From an uncultured Planctomycetota bacterium (GTDB taxonomy: Bacteria > Planctomycetota > Planctomycetia > Gemmatales > HRBIN36), in assembly GCA_937944855.1 (NCBI GenBank), contig CALFAY010000032.1, forward strand, positions 10,194-74,193: a DNA stretch of 64,000 bases. Direction: 5' to 3'. The notes below the pieces were generated by a model that worked only from the letters and a program-made list of their open reading frames with translations, ran no database searches and was not told where the DNA came from. Both the position numbers and the translations under genes were made by a program. Positions 51,409-60,669 of this stretch are shown here, piece after piece; the first letter of the stretch is position 1, and each line of letters opens with the position of its first letter.

Positions 51409-52709
51409 CACCGACCCCCGACGGATTCTCCTCTATTCCTGAAGCGATCGAGGACCTCAAAGCCGGTCGCATGATTGTGCTCGTTGATGACGAACAGCGG
51501 GAAAACGAGGGCGACCTGGTCATCGCTGCCGAGAAGGCGACGCCGGAAGCGATCAACTTCATGATGACCCATGCCCGCGGGCTGGTCTGTCTGGCCATGT
51601 CGCCAAGCATCTGCGACCGGCTTCAGCTGGAACCGATGCCCGGCAATCATCCCGACCCGACGGCGACGCCATTCACGCCCTACATCGACGCCCGCACCGG
51701 CATCACCACCGGCGTTTCGGCCTACGACCGGGCCAGGACGGTCCAGGTGGCCATCGATCCGCGCTCCACGCCCAACGACATCATCCGCGGCAAGGGCCAC
51801 GTTCCCGGTCTGCGGGCCAGGGAAGGCGGCGTACTGGTCCGGGCCGGACACACCGAAGGCAGCGTCGATCTGTGCCGTCTGGCCGGGCTGAAGGAAGCGG
51901 CGGTCATCTGCGAGATCGTCAGTCCCGATGGTCAAATGGCCCGGGTTCCCGAACTTCGGGAGTTCTGCCACAAGCACGGGCTGAGGATGTACACCATCCA
52001 GGACCTCATCAGCTATCGGCGCCAGCGGGAGAAACTGATCCGCCGAGAGGAGGTCGTGAAACTGCCCACGGAATATGGGCTGTTCGATTTGATCGCTTAC
52101 ACCTCCGTGGTCGATGCCGAACCGCACCTGGCCCTCACGATGGGCGGCGTCGGTCTGGAACAAGGCGGCGTCGTCCCCGTGCAGACCGAGCCGATCCTCG
52201 TCCGTATCCACAGCGAATGCCTGACCGGCGACGTCTTCGCCAGCCGACGCTGCGAATGCGGCGCGCAATTGCATCAGGCCATGCGCCAGGTCGCCGCTCA
52301 GGGCAAGGGCGTCGTCCTCTACATGCGTCAGGAAGGTCGAGGCATCGGACTATTGGCAAAACTGAAGGCGTATAAGCTCCAGGAGGAAAAGGGTATTGAC
52401 ACCGTCGAGGCCAACCGCCAGCTCGGCTATGCTCCAGATTTGCGCCACTACGGCATCGGCGCGCAAATCCTGGTCGATTTAGGCATCCGGCAAATCCGGC
52501 TGCTGACGAATAATCCCAAAAAGGTCGTTGGTCTGGACGGCTACGGTCTGCGTATCGTCGAACGCATCCCCATCCAAATCCAGCCCAATGAAACCAATCG
52601 GGCCTACCTGCTGGCCAAGAAAATTAAGCTGGGACACATGATCGAATTGACAAGCCACGCGGGGACTTCGCAGCCCCCTCCCGCGGGCCCTCGGTCCGAT
52701 GCGGTTTAA
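51405..52709 (+). CDS. ribBA: Bifunctional 3,4-dihydroxy-2-butanone-4-phosphate synthase / GTP cyclohydrolase II
   Basis: 434 aa. DDEQRENEGDLVIAAE, HTEGSVDL (RibB half). RIHSECLTGDVFASRRCECG, and LYMRQEGRGIGL (RibA half). ATGA start/stop overlap with the upstream GT gene. Confidence 0.92.
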   Translation: MTPTPDGFSSIPEAIEDLKAGRMIVLVDDEQRENEGDLVIAAEKATPEAINFMMTHARGLVCLAMSPSICDRLQLEPMPGNHPDPTATPFTPYIDARTGITTGVSAYDRARTVQVAIDPRSTPNDIIRGKGHVPGLRAREGGVLVRAGHTEGSVDLCRLAGLKEAAVICEIVSPDGQMARVPELREFCHKHGLRMYTIQDLISYRRQREKLIRREEVVKLPTEYGLFDLIAYTSVVDAEPHLALTMGGVGLEQGGVVPVQTEPILVRIHSECLTGDVFASRRCECGAQLHQAMRQVAAQGKGVVLYMRQEGRGIGLLAKLKAYKLQEEKGIDTVEANRQLGYAPDLRHYGIGAQILVDLGIRQIRLLTNNPKKVVGLDGYGLRIVERIPIQIQPNETNRAYLLAKKIKLGHMIELTSHAGTSQPPPAGPRSDAV

Positions 52710-53737
52710 TGCAAGCGATGGCGGTAAGGCGGGCGTCGTCGAGGGTGTTTCACGCGGACCCTGCGTCGCGGTTGCCTGGTGTCCTGGCCGTCGTAGATGC
52801 GCGTCGTCCATCCGCCGGCCCCGGCCACCCGGTGCAGTCCCACATGCAAACGCCCCGCCCAGTGCATCCAGGACACTAACGCCGCCGGGACATCGCGGTA
52901 AACGGCAGGCCCCACGATGCCGCGCAACCAGCCCCGCTGGCCGGTCCGGTGCGAAGTCTTCCACTGTTCAAAGATCCTGAACTCGGACCGCTCCATGCTC
53001 ACGTTCGCGCCAGCCGCTTTCAAGCCAGCGAAGTCCGCCTCCAACGGCTGGTCATATAACGCCGCCAGCCTGCCGAGGCAGCGTAAGGCCGCGCGCAACA
53101 GATCGCTGAAGCTCGGCGTCAGGATCATCCGGCGTCCCTGGGGATCGCTGCCGTCGCGCAAAAACAGAGGCTGGTCCAGGCGCACTTCCAGTGTGGGAAT
53201 CAGGGACGGGGCCTCGTCGCAGCTGCGGGGCAGTTCGACTTCGAGCCAGCGGTCCTGAGCCGGTTGTTGCAAGACCTGGAACAAGACGCCGTCCGTGCCC
53301 AACCCGCTCTCCGGATCGGCCCCGGCAATCTGAGCGGCTTGCCAGAACGTCGCAGCATGTTGAGCGGCACGCTCTGCGATGAAGACGACTCGCAGCGTAT
53401 ATACACTCCCGACCTCCGCGTAGGGCGGCGCAGGAAAGGACGGATCAATCACAGAGGGCCGAACCGCGTCTTCTTGACCGACAAAGACCACCGCGCTGGG
53501 ACCAGGATCCGGTTCGATGACAGATCCGTAAGGACATTCAAAATTATAAGGACAGCCTTTGCAGTATATCCAAAGAGCGTCGCGTTCCTCCGGATCATGA
53601 CGACAGGTCATCATCTTGAGCCGGTGGACAATTAAACCTCGCAGGGCCGGCCCGAGCCACGGTACCAGTCGGCCCGGTCGCATGAAACGCAAAGTCCGTC
53701 GGCATTCCATGCAAAGAAAAACTTCCAACTGGCGCAA
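52706..53737 (-). CDS. Orphan RAMP / Cas6-like protein (resembles the DUF2276 / Pfam CRISPR_Cas6 family from memory)
   Basis: 343-aa ORF; TTG at 53737 or ATG at 53710 as start. The N-terminus LRFMRPGRLVPWLGPALRGLIVHRL is followed by a Cys cluster (C-x15-C-x2-C-x5-C-P-Y-G). The C-terminus has WKTSHRTGQRGWLRGIVG and a glycine-rich loop, HVGLHRVAGAGGW. This layout matches what I recall for stand-alone Cas6-like RAMP proteins. The functional call is tentative. Confidence 0.5.
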   Translation of the reverse strand: MRQLEVFLCMECRRTLRFMRPGRLVPWLGPALRGLIVHRLKMMTCRHDPEERDALWIYCKGCPYNFECPYGSVIEPDPGPSAVVFVGQEDAVRPSVIDPSFPAPPYAEVGSVYTLRVVFIAERAAQHAATFWQAAQIAGADPESGLGTDGVLFQVLQQPAQDRWLEVELPRSCDEAPSLIPTLEVRLDQPLFLRDGSDPQGRRMILTPSFSDLLRAALRCLGRLAALYDQPLEADFAGLKAAGANVSMERSEFRIFEQWKTSHRTGQRGWLRGIVGPAVYRDVPAALVSWMHWAGRLHVGLHRVAGAGGWTTRIYDGQDTRQPRRRVRVKHPRRRPPYRHRLH

Positions 53738-53915
53738 CGAGACATGGCCGTTGAGAGGCCATAAAGCCCATCAACAGGCATTCCCTTCGAGCGTGTGCTG
53801 CCTCTGGCCGGTGTGGGCCGATCCGTGTACATTACTCGTCTGGCGGTCGCGGTCAGTACCTTGTCCTGGGGCTGGTAAACCGCGGATCGTTTTGCCAATA
53901 CAGGAAGGACAGATC

Positions 53916-54854
53916 ATGAGGTGGTACACAGTAGGCGTCACGGCGGTGGTGCTGGCATTCTGGGCCGGATGCAGGTCGACAGAGCAGCCGTCAAGCGACG
54001 GCGTCCGCCTCTTCGGTGTGTCCTTTCAGACGATGAATAACCCATTTTTCGTCGAGTTGAATGAGGGCCTCAAAGGGGTCATCGAGGCGCGGGGAGGGCG
54101 GCTAATCACGTTGGATGCGCAATGGAATTCGCTAAAGCAAAAAAATGACGTGGCTGATTTGTTGCAGCAGAACCCGTCAGCAGTGTTTATTAATCCAGTA
54201 AACTGGGAAGGAATCAAAGGCAGCTTGCTCGAAGCCCGTCGCAAAAATGTGCCTGTTATCATCGTCGATGCGCCGGTCAGCGAGCCGGATTTGGTGCTGT
54301 GTCAGGTGGCTAGCGACAATTTTGAAGCCGGCCGACTGGCATGTGAATCCCTGGCCAAGGCCAATCCCAGGGCCAAGATCGTGATTCTTCACCTAAGCGT
54401 CAACCGCGCCTGCATCGATCGTGTCGAGGGATTCAAGGCGGAAATGGCCAAACATCCAGGATTAAAAGTCCTGGACATTCAGGAAGGTAAAGGAAGTACT
54501 GAAGGGGCACGCCCCGTCATGCGCGACCTCCTTGGCCGTTTTCCAGAACTGGACGCGGTCTTTCCCATCAATGATCCCAGCGCTTTAGGGGCCATCTCAG
54601 CGATCGAAGCTGCCGGTCGCATCGGGCAGGTTACCGTGGTCACGGTGGACGGTTCGCGAGAGGGTGCCTTGGCAATTCAAGCGGGTAAACTGCATGCCAC
54701 CGTGGCCCAATTCCCCCGGGAAATTGGCCGCATTGCCGGCGAAAAAGCCTACGATCATCTCGAAGGCAAGCCCGTCGAGAAGGACATCAAAGTCCCCGTG
54801 AAGCTGATCACCAAAGAGAATGTCCACGAGATTTTAAACGCCAGCAAAAAATAA
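53916..54854 (+). CDS. Sugar ABC transporter substrate-binding lipoprotein (RbsB/periplasmic-binding-protein type I)
   Basis: From ATG 53916 (MRWYTVGVTAVVLAFWAGC is a lipobox). GVSFQTMNNPFFVELNEG, and VPVIIVDAP. Confidence 0.85.
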   Translation: MRWYTVGVTAVVLAFWAGCRSTEQPSSDGVRLFGVSFQTMNNPFFVELNEGLKGVIEARGGRLITLDAQWNSLKQKNDVADLLQQNPSAVFINPVNWEGIKGSLLEARRKNVPVIIVDAPVSEPDLVLCQVASDNFEAGRLACESLAKANPRAKIVILHLSVNRACIDRVEGFKAEMAKHPGLKVLDIQEGKGSTEGARPVMRDLLGRFPELDAVFPINDPSALGAISAIEAAGRIGQVTVVTVDGSREGALAIQAGKLHATVAQFPREIGRIAGEKAYDHLEGKPVEKDIKVPVKLITKENVHEILNASKK

Positions 54855-56374
54855 TGGCCGATCCTTCCACCTGCCTATTGGAATTGCGCGGAATCTGCAA
54901 GAGCTTCGGAGGGATCCAGGCGCTACGGGGAGTAGATTTCACGCTCCACGAAGGGGAAATCCACGTCCTGCTGGGTGAAAACGGCGCGGGCAAATCAACG
55001 CTCATCAAGATTATCGGCGGTGTTCACCAGCCTGATGCGGGAGAAATACGGATTGGCAATGTCCCGGTTCGCATCCCCAATGTGCGAGCGGCGGAACGCC
55101 TGGGAATCCGTATTATCCATCAGGAGCTTGTGCTGGCACCGAACCTTTCCATCGCGGAAAACTTGTTTTTGGGGCGGGAACCGTGTCGCTTCGGCTTTCT
55201 GGATCGAGGCCGGATGTTTCGAGACGCGGAGCGTTTGAAGACCGAGTTGGACTTGCCTGAAATTGGCGACGTGCGCACCCCGGTGGGTCAACTGAGCGTG
55301 GCTCGCCAGCAATTGGTAGAAATCGCCCGGGCCTTGACCGGGGCTCTGCGGATTCTTGTGCTTGACGAACCGACGGCGTCCCTGAGTGAAGCCGAGACCG
55401 AGGCGCTGTTTGCCAAACTCCGCCGGTTGCGCTCCCAGGGAGTGGGAATCATTTATATTTCCCATCGTCTTGAGGACATTGAACGCATCGCTGAGCGCAT
55501 CACAGTACTTCGGGACGGACGGAGCATCGGAACGCAGCGGGCCGGGAACCTGGATGTTCCTCAACTTATGACCTGGATAGCGGGGCGCGAGGTCAAAGAT
55601 CGTTATCCGCGCCCGGTTTATCAACCGGGTGAGGTCATCCTGAGCGTACGCAACCTGCAGGCTCCCGGCGTGCATAATGTCAGTTTCGATGTGCGCGAGG
55701 GGGAGGTTCTGGGTTTTGCCGGTCTGGTGGGTGCAGGACGAACCGAATTAGCGCGCGCGCTGGTCGGATTGTCTCCGATTTATGGCGGAGAGGTTCTCTT
55801 AAACGGCCGTCCATTGCGTTTGCGCAGTCCGGGCGATGCCCGAAGGGCTGGAATAGTCCTGGTGCCTGAGGATCGCAAACGTGAGGGGCTGATTCTGACC
55901 CAGACGGTAGGGTTCAATCTGGCTTTGCCGTGGACGCGGCTGTGGGCGCGGGGAATTGTCCCAAATTATACGCGGCGCACCGCCATCATCCGAAACGCGA
56001 TCAGGAACTTTTCCATCCATCCAGGCAACCCCAATCAAAGTGTCGCTTCGCTCTCCGGCGGCAATCAGCAGAAAGTGGTCGTGGCGAAATGGATGGAGCA
56101 ACCCCCTAGGGTACTCATCCTCGATGAACCGACGCGCGGGGTCGATGTAGGCGCTCGCGAAGATATGTTCACGATCATCGGCCAATTGGTGACCCAACGC
56201 ATGGCGGTGTTGCTTATTTCGTCGGACCTCCCCGAAGTTATGAACCTCTCGCATCGCTTGGCGCTATACCGCGACGGACGGATCGTCCAGGAGGGACCGG
56301 CCGCGAACTTCACTCCGGAAGCGGTGATGATGGAACTGACCGGCGCGGCATCGAAAGGCAAGATGGCTCAATAA
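54854..56374 (+). CDS. Sugar ABC transporter ATP-binding protein (tandem ATPase domains, RbsA-like)
   Basis: 506 aa. Walker A is GENGAGKST. The signatures are LSVARQQ and LSGGNQQK. Walker B is ILVLDEPT and ILILDEPT. A TAATG overlap links it to the upstream gene. Confidence 0.9.
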   Translation: MADPSTCLLELRGICKSFGGIQALRGVDFTLHEGEIHVLLGENGAGKSTLIKIIGGVHQPDAGEIRIGNVPVRIPNVRAAERLGIRIIHQELVLAPNLSIAENLFLGREPCRFGFLDRGRMFRDAERLKTELDLPEIGDVRTPVGQLSVARQQLVEIARALTGALRILVLDEPTASLSEAETEALFAKLRRLRSQGVGIIYISHRLEDIERIAERITVLRDGRSIGTQRAGNLDVPQLMTWIAGREVKDRYPRPVYQPGEVILSVRNLQAPGVHNVSFDVREGEVLGFAGLVGAGRTELARALVGLSPIYGGEVLLNGRPLRLRSPGDARRAGIVLVPEDRKREGLILTQTVGFNLALPWTRLWARGIVPNYTRRTAIIRNAIRNFSIHPGNPNQSVASLSGGNQQKVVVAKWMEQPPRVLILDEPTRGVDVGAREDMFTIIGQLVTQRMAVLLISSDLPEVMNLSHRLALYRDGRIVQEGPAANFTPEAVMMELTGAASKGKMAQ

Positions 56375-56412
56375 CTCCGCTTTGAGTCAGCTTTGTTACA
56401 CCAGGTAGAACT

Positions 56413-57444
56413 ATGCGCAATGCAGAGCACGGAAACCGGACTTCTAAAGGCACCCTCGCTCTCTCCGGATGGCGACAACTTATCGCCACCTTGGTCTCAG
56501 CGGCGCAGGGATTATTACCTTTATTACTTGCCATCGCGGTGCTGCTTGTTCTTTTTAGTCTGTGGGTTCCCCAAGGCCGTTTCCTGAGATTTGATAATCT
56601 GATCGATCTGGCCCAGCAGGTTTCTGTTAATGCCATCCTCGCTTTTGGACTGACGCTGGTAATTCTCATTGGCGGTATCGACCTGAGTGTCGGTGCCGTG
56701 GTCGCCGTTGCTGGCGTAGTCTCGGTCTCCCTGCTGACCCCGGCAGGTCCCGTGGTTGCTTTCCTTGGCGGCATTGGAATCGGTGCGCTGTTCGGACTGT
56801 TTAATGGTCTCTTTGCTGCCCGGACTCTCATGCCTCCGTTCATCATTACCCTGGCAACGATGCTTGTCGCGCGCGGTTTTGCCTTGGGTTTTAACGAAAG
56901 CCGCCCGTTGCCTGTGGGAGAGGAGCAGCACCTGTTCCTGTCGCTGGGCAACGCGCGTTGGTGGGGCTGGCTGCCCATGCCGGTGATCCTCATGCTTGTA
57001 GTCTTCGTGTTCAGCACGATCCTGTTGCACGGAACTCGGTTCGGCCAACATCTGTTCGCCATCGGCGGCAACCGGGAGGCGGCCCGGCTTGCGGGCATTG
57101 CCATCGCTACGCATGAAGTGCTGGTTTACGTCTTCTGCGGCGCCTGTGCGGGATTGGCGGGAATGATTCATGCCTCGCAGCTTTATTCGGCCGAGCCGGC
57201 AGCCGGTCAAGGCTACGAGCTGAGCGCCATCGCCGCGGTCGTCCTGGGCGGGACGAGCTTCTCCGGCGGCGTCGGCAGTGTCCCCGGCACGCTGGTGGGG
57301 GCGATCATCATCGGCATTTTGGATAAAGGCCTGAACCAGGCCGGAGTTCATTTTTCGCTGCAGTACATCGTCAAAGGCGGGGTCATCTTAGCCGCAGTCT
57401 GGTACGATGTCTTCCGCCGTCGCGTGAAGAGTCGACAGGCATAA
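56413..57444 (+). CDS. Sugar ABC transporter permease (RbsC/branched-chain-type)
   Basis: 343 aa, polytopic. ILIGGIDLSVGAVVA, and GGNREAARLAGI. Confidence 0.85.
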   Translation: MRNAEHGNRTSKGTLALSGWRQLIATLVSAAQGLLPLLLAIAVLLVLFSLWVPQGRFLRFDNLIDLAQQVSVNAILAFGLTLVILIGGIDLSVGAVVAVAGVVSVSLLTPAGPVVAFLGGIGIGALFGLFNGLFAARTLMPPFIITLATMLVARGFALGFNESRPLPVGEEQHLFLSLGNARWWGWLPMPVILMLVVFVFSTILLHGTRFGQHLFAIGGNREAARLAGIAIATHEVLVYVFCGACAGLAGMIHASQLYSAEPAAGQGYELSAIAAVVLGGTSFSGGVGSVPGTLVGAIIIGILDKGLNQAGVHFSLQYIVKGGVILAAVWYDVFRRRVKSRQA

Positions 57445-57483
57445 TTACAAGTTCATCAACGGCAAACACGAGGAAGCCTTGTT

Positions 57484-59859
57484 ATGATCTCTACACCGCT
57501 TCGTTTCCTGAGCTTTGTTGTGTCTCTGGCAACAGGCTCGCTCCTCCTAGTGACGACTGCCAGTAAGCCCGATTTTAACAACCCCAAACGGGTCTTCTCA
57601 ACGGCGATCGCCGTGTGGCACCTGGCGGATGCTCACGATTCGGCAGGCGAAGACAGCGTCCTGACGCCGCGGGGGGAAGTTCGCTTGGGAACTGCTCTGA
57701 AAGGTGCCGAACGGGAGGCGTCTATAAAACGGGGAGGTGACGGCAGGGTCGCGGAACTGCGCGAGGGCTGGCTGGACGCTGGTCAAGGGCGCAATGGAGA
57801 ATTGAATCTTGAAGGCGAGCAGTTTACGGCGCTGATTCGTATGCGCGCTCCCACGCTGACGGCCTGGGATACCCGAGGATATTTTACCAAGGGAGGAAGC
57901 CATGACCGTTTGGTGTTCAATTTCTTTACATTTGACTTCGGCGCCGGCCCTGAGAATATGCGCCTGGGTTGTGAGATCGGCGTCGAGGGGAAGCCCGGCC
58001 TTGCCGCGCAGGTGACCGTTCCTCTGGCTCAGATTGGTCCGACCGACTGGCATGACGTCCTTGCCCGTTATGATGGCCGCGAACTCGTGCTGTTTATCGA
58101 CGGCGTGCCCGTGGATCGCAAGCCGGTGACTGGCCGGCTGCGTCAGAACAACAATGAGTCGCTGGCCCTTGGCGCAGGCGGCCCCGGTGACGATCCCTTC
58201 CCCGGATTAATCGATCATGCTGCCCTGTGGAATCGCGCGCTAAGCGATGAGGAAATCGTCATCCTTTGCGGAGGGAAGGACGAGGTCGAGCGCCATCGAA
58301 CACAGTTCGCTGCCGCGGCATCAGCGAGCCGATTGCCCTCAACGCAGGACCTGGTAGAAAGCTACCGGACCCTGATCAACAAGTTTCATAACGATCCCCA
58401 TCGGCCCCGTTATCACTTCTTGCATTTTGAAGCAGGTGACGCCATGCCTGGCGACGCCAACGGCGCCATCTATTGGAAGGGGCGGTACCACCTCTTTTAC
58501 ATTTTTCAACGGCAACAGGCAGGCTCCAAGCAGATCGTCCATTGTTGGGGACACGCCTCCAGCGTGGATTTGCTTCACTGGGAACATCATCCTGTGGCCC
58601 TCGACGTCGCTGCGGAAGATCCCGATCGTGGCATCTTCTCGGGCAACGCTTTTGTGACTAAGGACGGAAGACCGGTCATTCTTTATCATGGCGTCGATGC
58701 TGGCAATTGCATCGCTCTCGCCGAGGACGATCTTCTGATTCGCTGGAAAAAGTCGGCAGACAATCCCATAGTTCCGATGCCGAAACCAGGCACCCCCGAT
58801 TACGGCAAATACGATTCCTGGGATCCTCACGGTTGGCTGGAAGGCGACACCTATTATGCCATATTTGGAGAAAATCCCGGTACGGGCACGAAGGCAGCCT
58901 TGTTTAAAGGCCCGTCACTGACACAGCTCGCCTATGTCGGCCGCTTCATGGCTTACGATCGGTGGAGCGAGCCGGGTGAAGACATCTCCTGTCCGGATTT
59001 CTTCCCGATTGGCAATAAACACATGCTGCTTTGCATTAGTCATATGCGCGGCGCCCGCTACTTCATAGGCCATTGGGACAAGCAGAAGGGCGTGTTCACC
59101 CCGGAGTTCCATGGTCGAATGAATTGGCCTGGCGGTTGCTTCTTTGCTCCAGAAACCTTGCTGGATGGCAAAGGCCGTCGCATCCTGTTTGCCTGGTGCC
59201 TTGATGAGCGTCCGCGGGCTGCTCGGATAGCCAGCGGTTGGAGCGGAGTGATGAGTCTGCCTCGGGTATTGAGCTTAACGGATGATGGCACGCTCCGCAT
59301 TGAACCTCCGGAAGAGCTTAAGCAACTTCGCTTCGCGCCGCTGTCCAACCGTGGCAACCTGAGTATTCCCGCAAATCAGGAATTGGTCCTGAACGAGATC
59401 CAGGGAGACAGCTTGGAAATCGAAGTGGAATTGCAACCGCAAGATAATGCCGAATGCGGCGCCGTTGTCCGACGCACGCCTGACGGTGAGGAACAAACAG
59501 TCATCGGCTTCCGTCCCGACAAGGCAGTTTTGAGCATTGACGTCAGCAAAAGCACGCTGGATCCAGCGATTCGCTACCGGAGCTGGTGCTTGTGGCGGCC
59601 TCAGAATCCGGCAGATGCCGACCGGCGCGTGCTGGTTCAGGAGGCCCCGCTTGCGTTGAGTCGAGGAGAACCATTGCGTCTGCGAATCTTTCTGGACCGA
59701 TCCATGTTAGAAGTCTTCGCTAATGGACGACAATGTATGACGCAACGGCTCTGGCCGACACGGTCTGATGCCTTGGGCGTATCCCTGTTCAGCCGTGGTC
59801 GCCCCACCCATGTGACCTCGCTGAACGCTTACCGCATGGCCGCCACCGCGCCGCATTAA
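57484..59859 (+). CDS. LamG (concanavalin-A-like) domain plus glycoside hydrolase family 32-like protein with a non-canonical EC motif
   Basis: 791 aa. An N-terminal signal/anchor precedes the LamG-like region (...LVLFIDGVPV...IDHAALWNRALSDEEI). GH32 blocks follow: RPRYHFLHFEAGDAMPGDANGAIYWKGRYHLFY, WGHASSVDLLHWEHH, FSGNAF, and SWDPHGW. The ISCPDFFPI block sits where GH32 has W-E-C-P-D-F-F. Confidence 0.75.
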   Translation: MISTPLRFLSFVVSLATGSLLLVTTASKPDFNNPKRVFSTAIAVWHLADAHDSAGEDSVLTPRGEVRLGTALKGAEREASIKRGGDGRVAELREGWLDAGQGRNGELNLEGEQFTALIRMRAPTLTAWDTRGYFTKGGSHDRLVFNFFTFDFGAGPENMRLGCEIGVEGKPGLAAQVTVPLAQIGPTDWHDVLARYDGRELVLFIDGVPVDRKPVTGRLRQNNNESLALGAGGPGDDPFPGLIDHAALWNRALSDEEIVILCGGKDEVERHRTQFAAAASASRLPSTQDLVESYRTLINKFHNDPHRPRYHFLHFEAGDAMPGDANGAIYWKGRYHLFYIFQRQQAGSKQIVHCWGHASSVDLLHWEHHPVALDVAAEDPDRGIFSGNAFVTKDGRPVILYHGVDAGNCIALAEDDLLIRWKKSADNPIVPMPKPGTPDYGKYDSWDPHGWLEGDTYYAIFGENPGTGTKAALFKGPSLTQLAYVGRFMAYDRWSEPGEDISCPDFFPIGNKHMLLCISHMRGARYFIGHWDKQKGVFTPEFHGRMNWPGGCFFAPETLLDGKGRRILFAWCLDERPRAARIASGWSGVMSLPRVLSLTDDGTLRIEPPEELKQLRFAPLSNRGNLSIPANQELVLNEIQGDSLEIEVELQPQDNAECGAVVRRTPDGEEQTVIGFRPDKAVLSIDVSKSTLDPAIRYRSWCLWRPQNPADADRRVLVQEAPLALSRGEPLRLRIFLDRSMLEVFANGRQCMTQRLWPTRSDALGVSLFSRGRPTHVTSLNAYRMAATAPH

Positions 59860-60177
59860 AACCCGGAGCCTGATTTGATAATGCGTCATATAAACACAAG
59901 GTGACAGTAATCGTAAGTGTCGTCACGGGGCGAGAGTTGGTCCCAGCTCGGAAGGTTGTTGTGTTGCCATTGTCCCAGGGAGACACGGGCGATTGCTCGG
60001 AAGAGTGGCGATTTCAACGAGTGGCCGGACGAGCTGGAGGAGCTTATCAAGTGTTGGGTATTTCCCGCCGGAACACTCGGACAAAGGCTCCGCGAACCGA
60101 CGGCCTGCGGTTGTGTTGTTGTCAGCGTCGTCATGTGGTAAGCATAGGGCTAGTTGGATCCTGATTCAGAGGAGCGA

Positions 60178-60669
60178 ATGGACGGCATTCGTCTAGATAC
60201 CTCCCGTCCGTTTTGGGAACTGTCGGGCCGAACCGACTTCCCCTCGGTGCTCTCAGCGCTGGCGTCGCTGTTACCCGAGGGTTGCGTCCTCTACTTCGAG
60301 GACGGATCGCCTACCGGAGAGCTTGCCCACTTCCTGCGAGCCTGCGCTGTTCCGAAGGGTGCCCATATCGCTCCCGGAACGATCTGGCCGAGGCCGTCGG
60401 TCGTGCATGTGCCAGCCAGTTCGGAGACGCTGAACCGGCTGGCGAAGCTGATGCTGTCGCGTGTGTCGCCGGAGCTTGCCATTCACTTCCACGTTTATCG
60501 CGCTCAGACCGTTCTGCTGGAATGGTATGATGCGTTTTACCAGCCGATGAGGCTCGATGGTACGTTCTCGGAGGATCGGGTAAGGCTGTTTGCAGAGCGA
60601 TTGAGGATGTCGTTCCAGAGGCAGTCAGGCCAAGCCGAGCCAAGTGCTGTAACCCACGAAGGGGCATGA
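60178..60669 (+). CDS. Hypothetical protein
   Basis: ATG at 60178 after AGAGGAG (the track start TTG 60154 is also possible). 163 aa, MDGIRLDTSRPFWELSGRTDFPSVLSAL...LEWYDAFYQPMRLDG. I recognise no family. Confidence 0.45.
   Translation: MDGIRLDTSRPFWELSGRTDFPSVLSALASLLPEGCVLYFEDGSPTGELAHFLRACAVPKGAHIAPGTIWPRPSVVHVPASSETLNRLAKLMLSRVSPELAIHFHVYRAQTVLLEWYDAFYQPMRLDGTFSEDRVRLFAERLRMSFQRQSGQAEPSAVTHEGA

Noticed and set aside
59917-60141. 74-aa GTG-initiated ORF (…GDFNEWPDELEELIKCWVFPAGTLGQRL…) in the low-GC tail after the GH32 gene.
   Set aside because: It has no RBS and no recognisable family. It overlaps other equally long frames (59901-60164 and 59993-60196), and the composition is unconvincing. 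It could be a gene remnant but is not supportable as a CDS.
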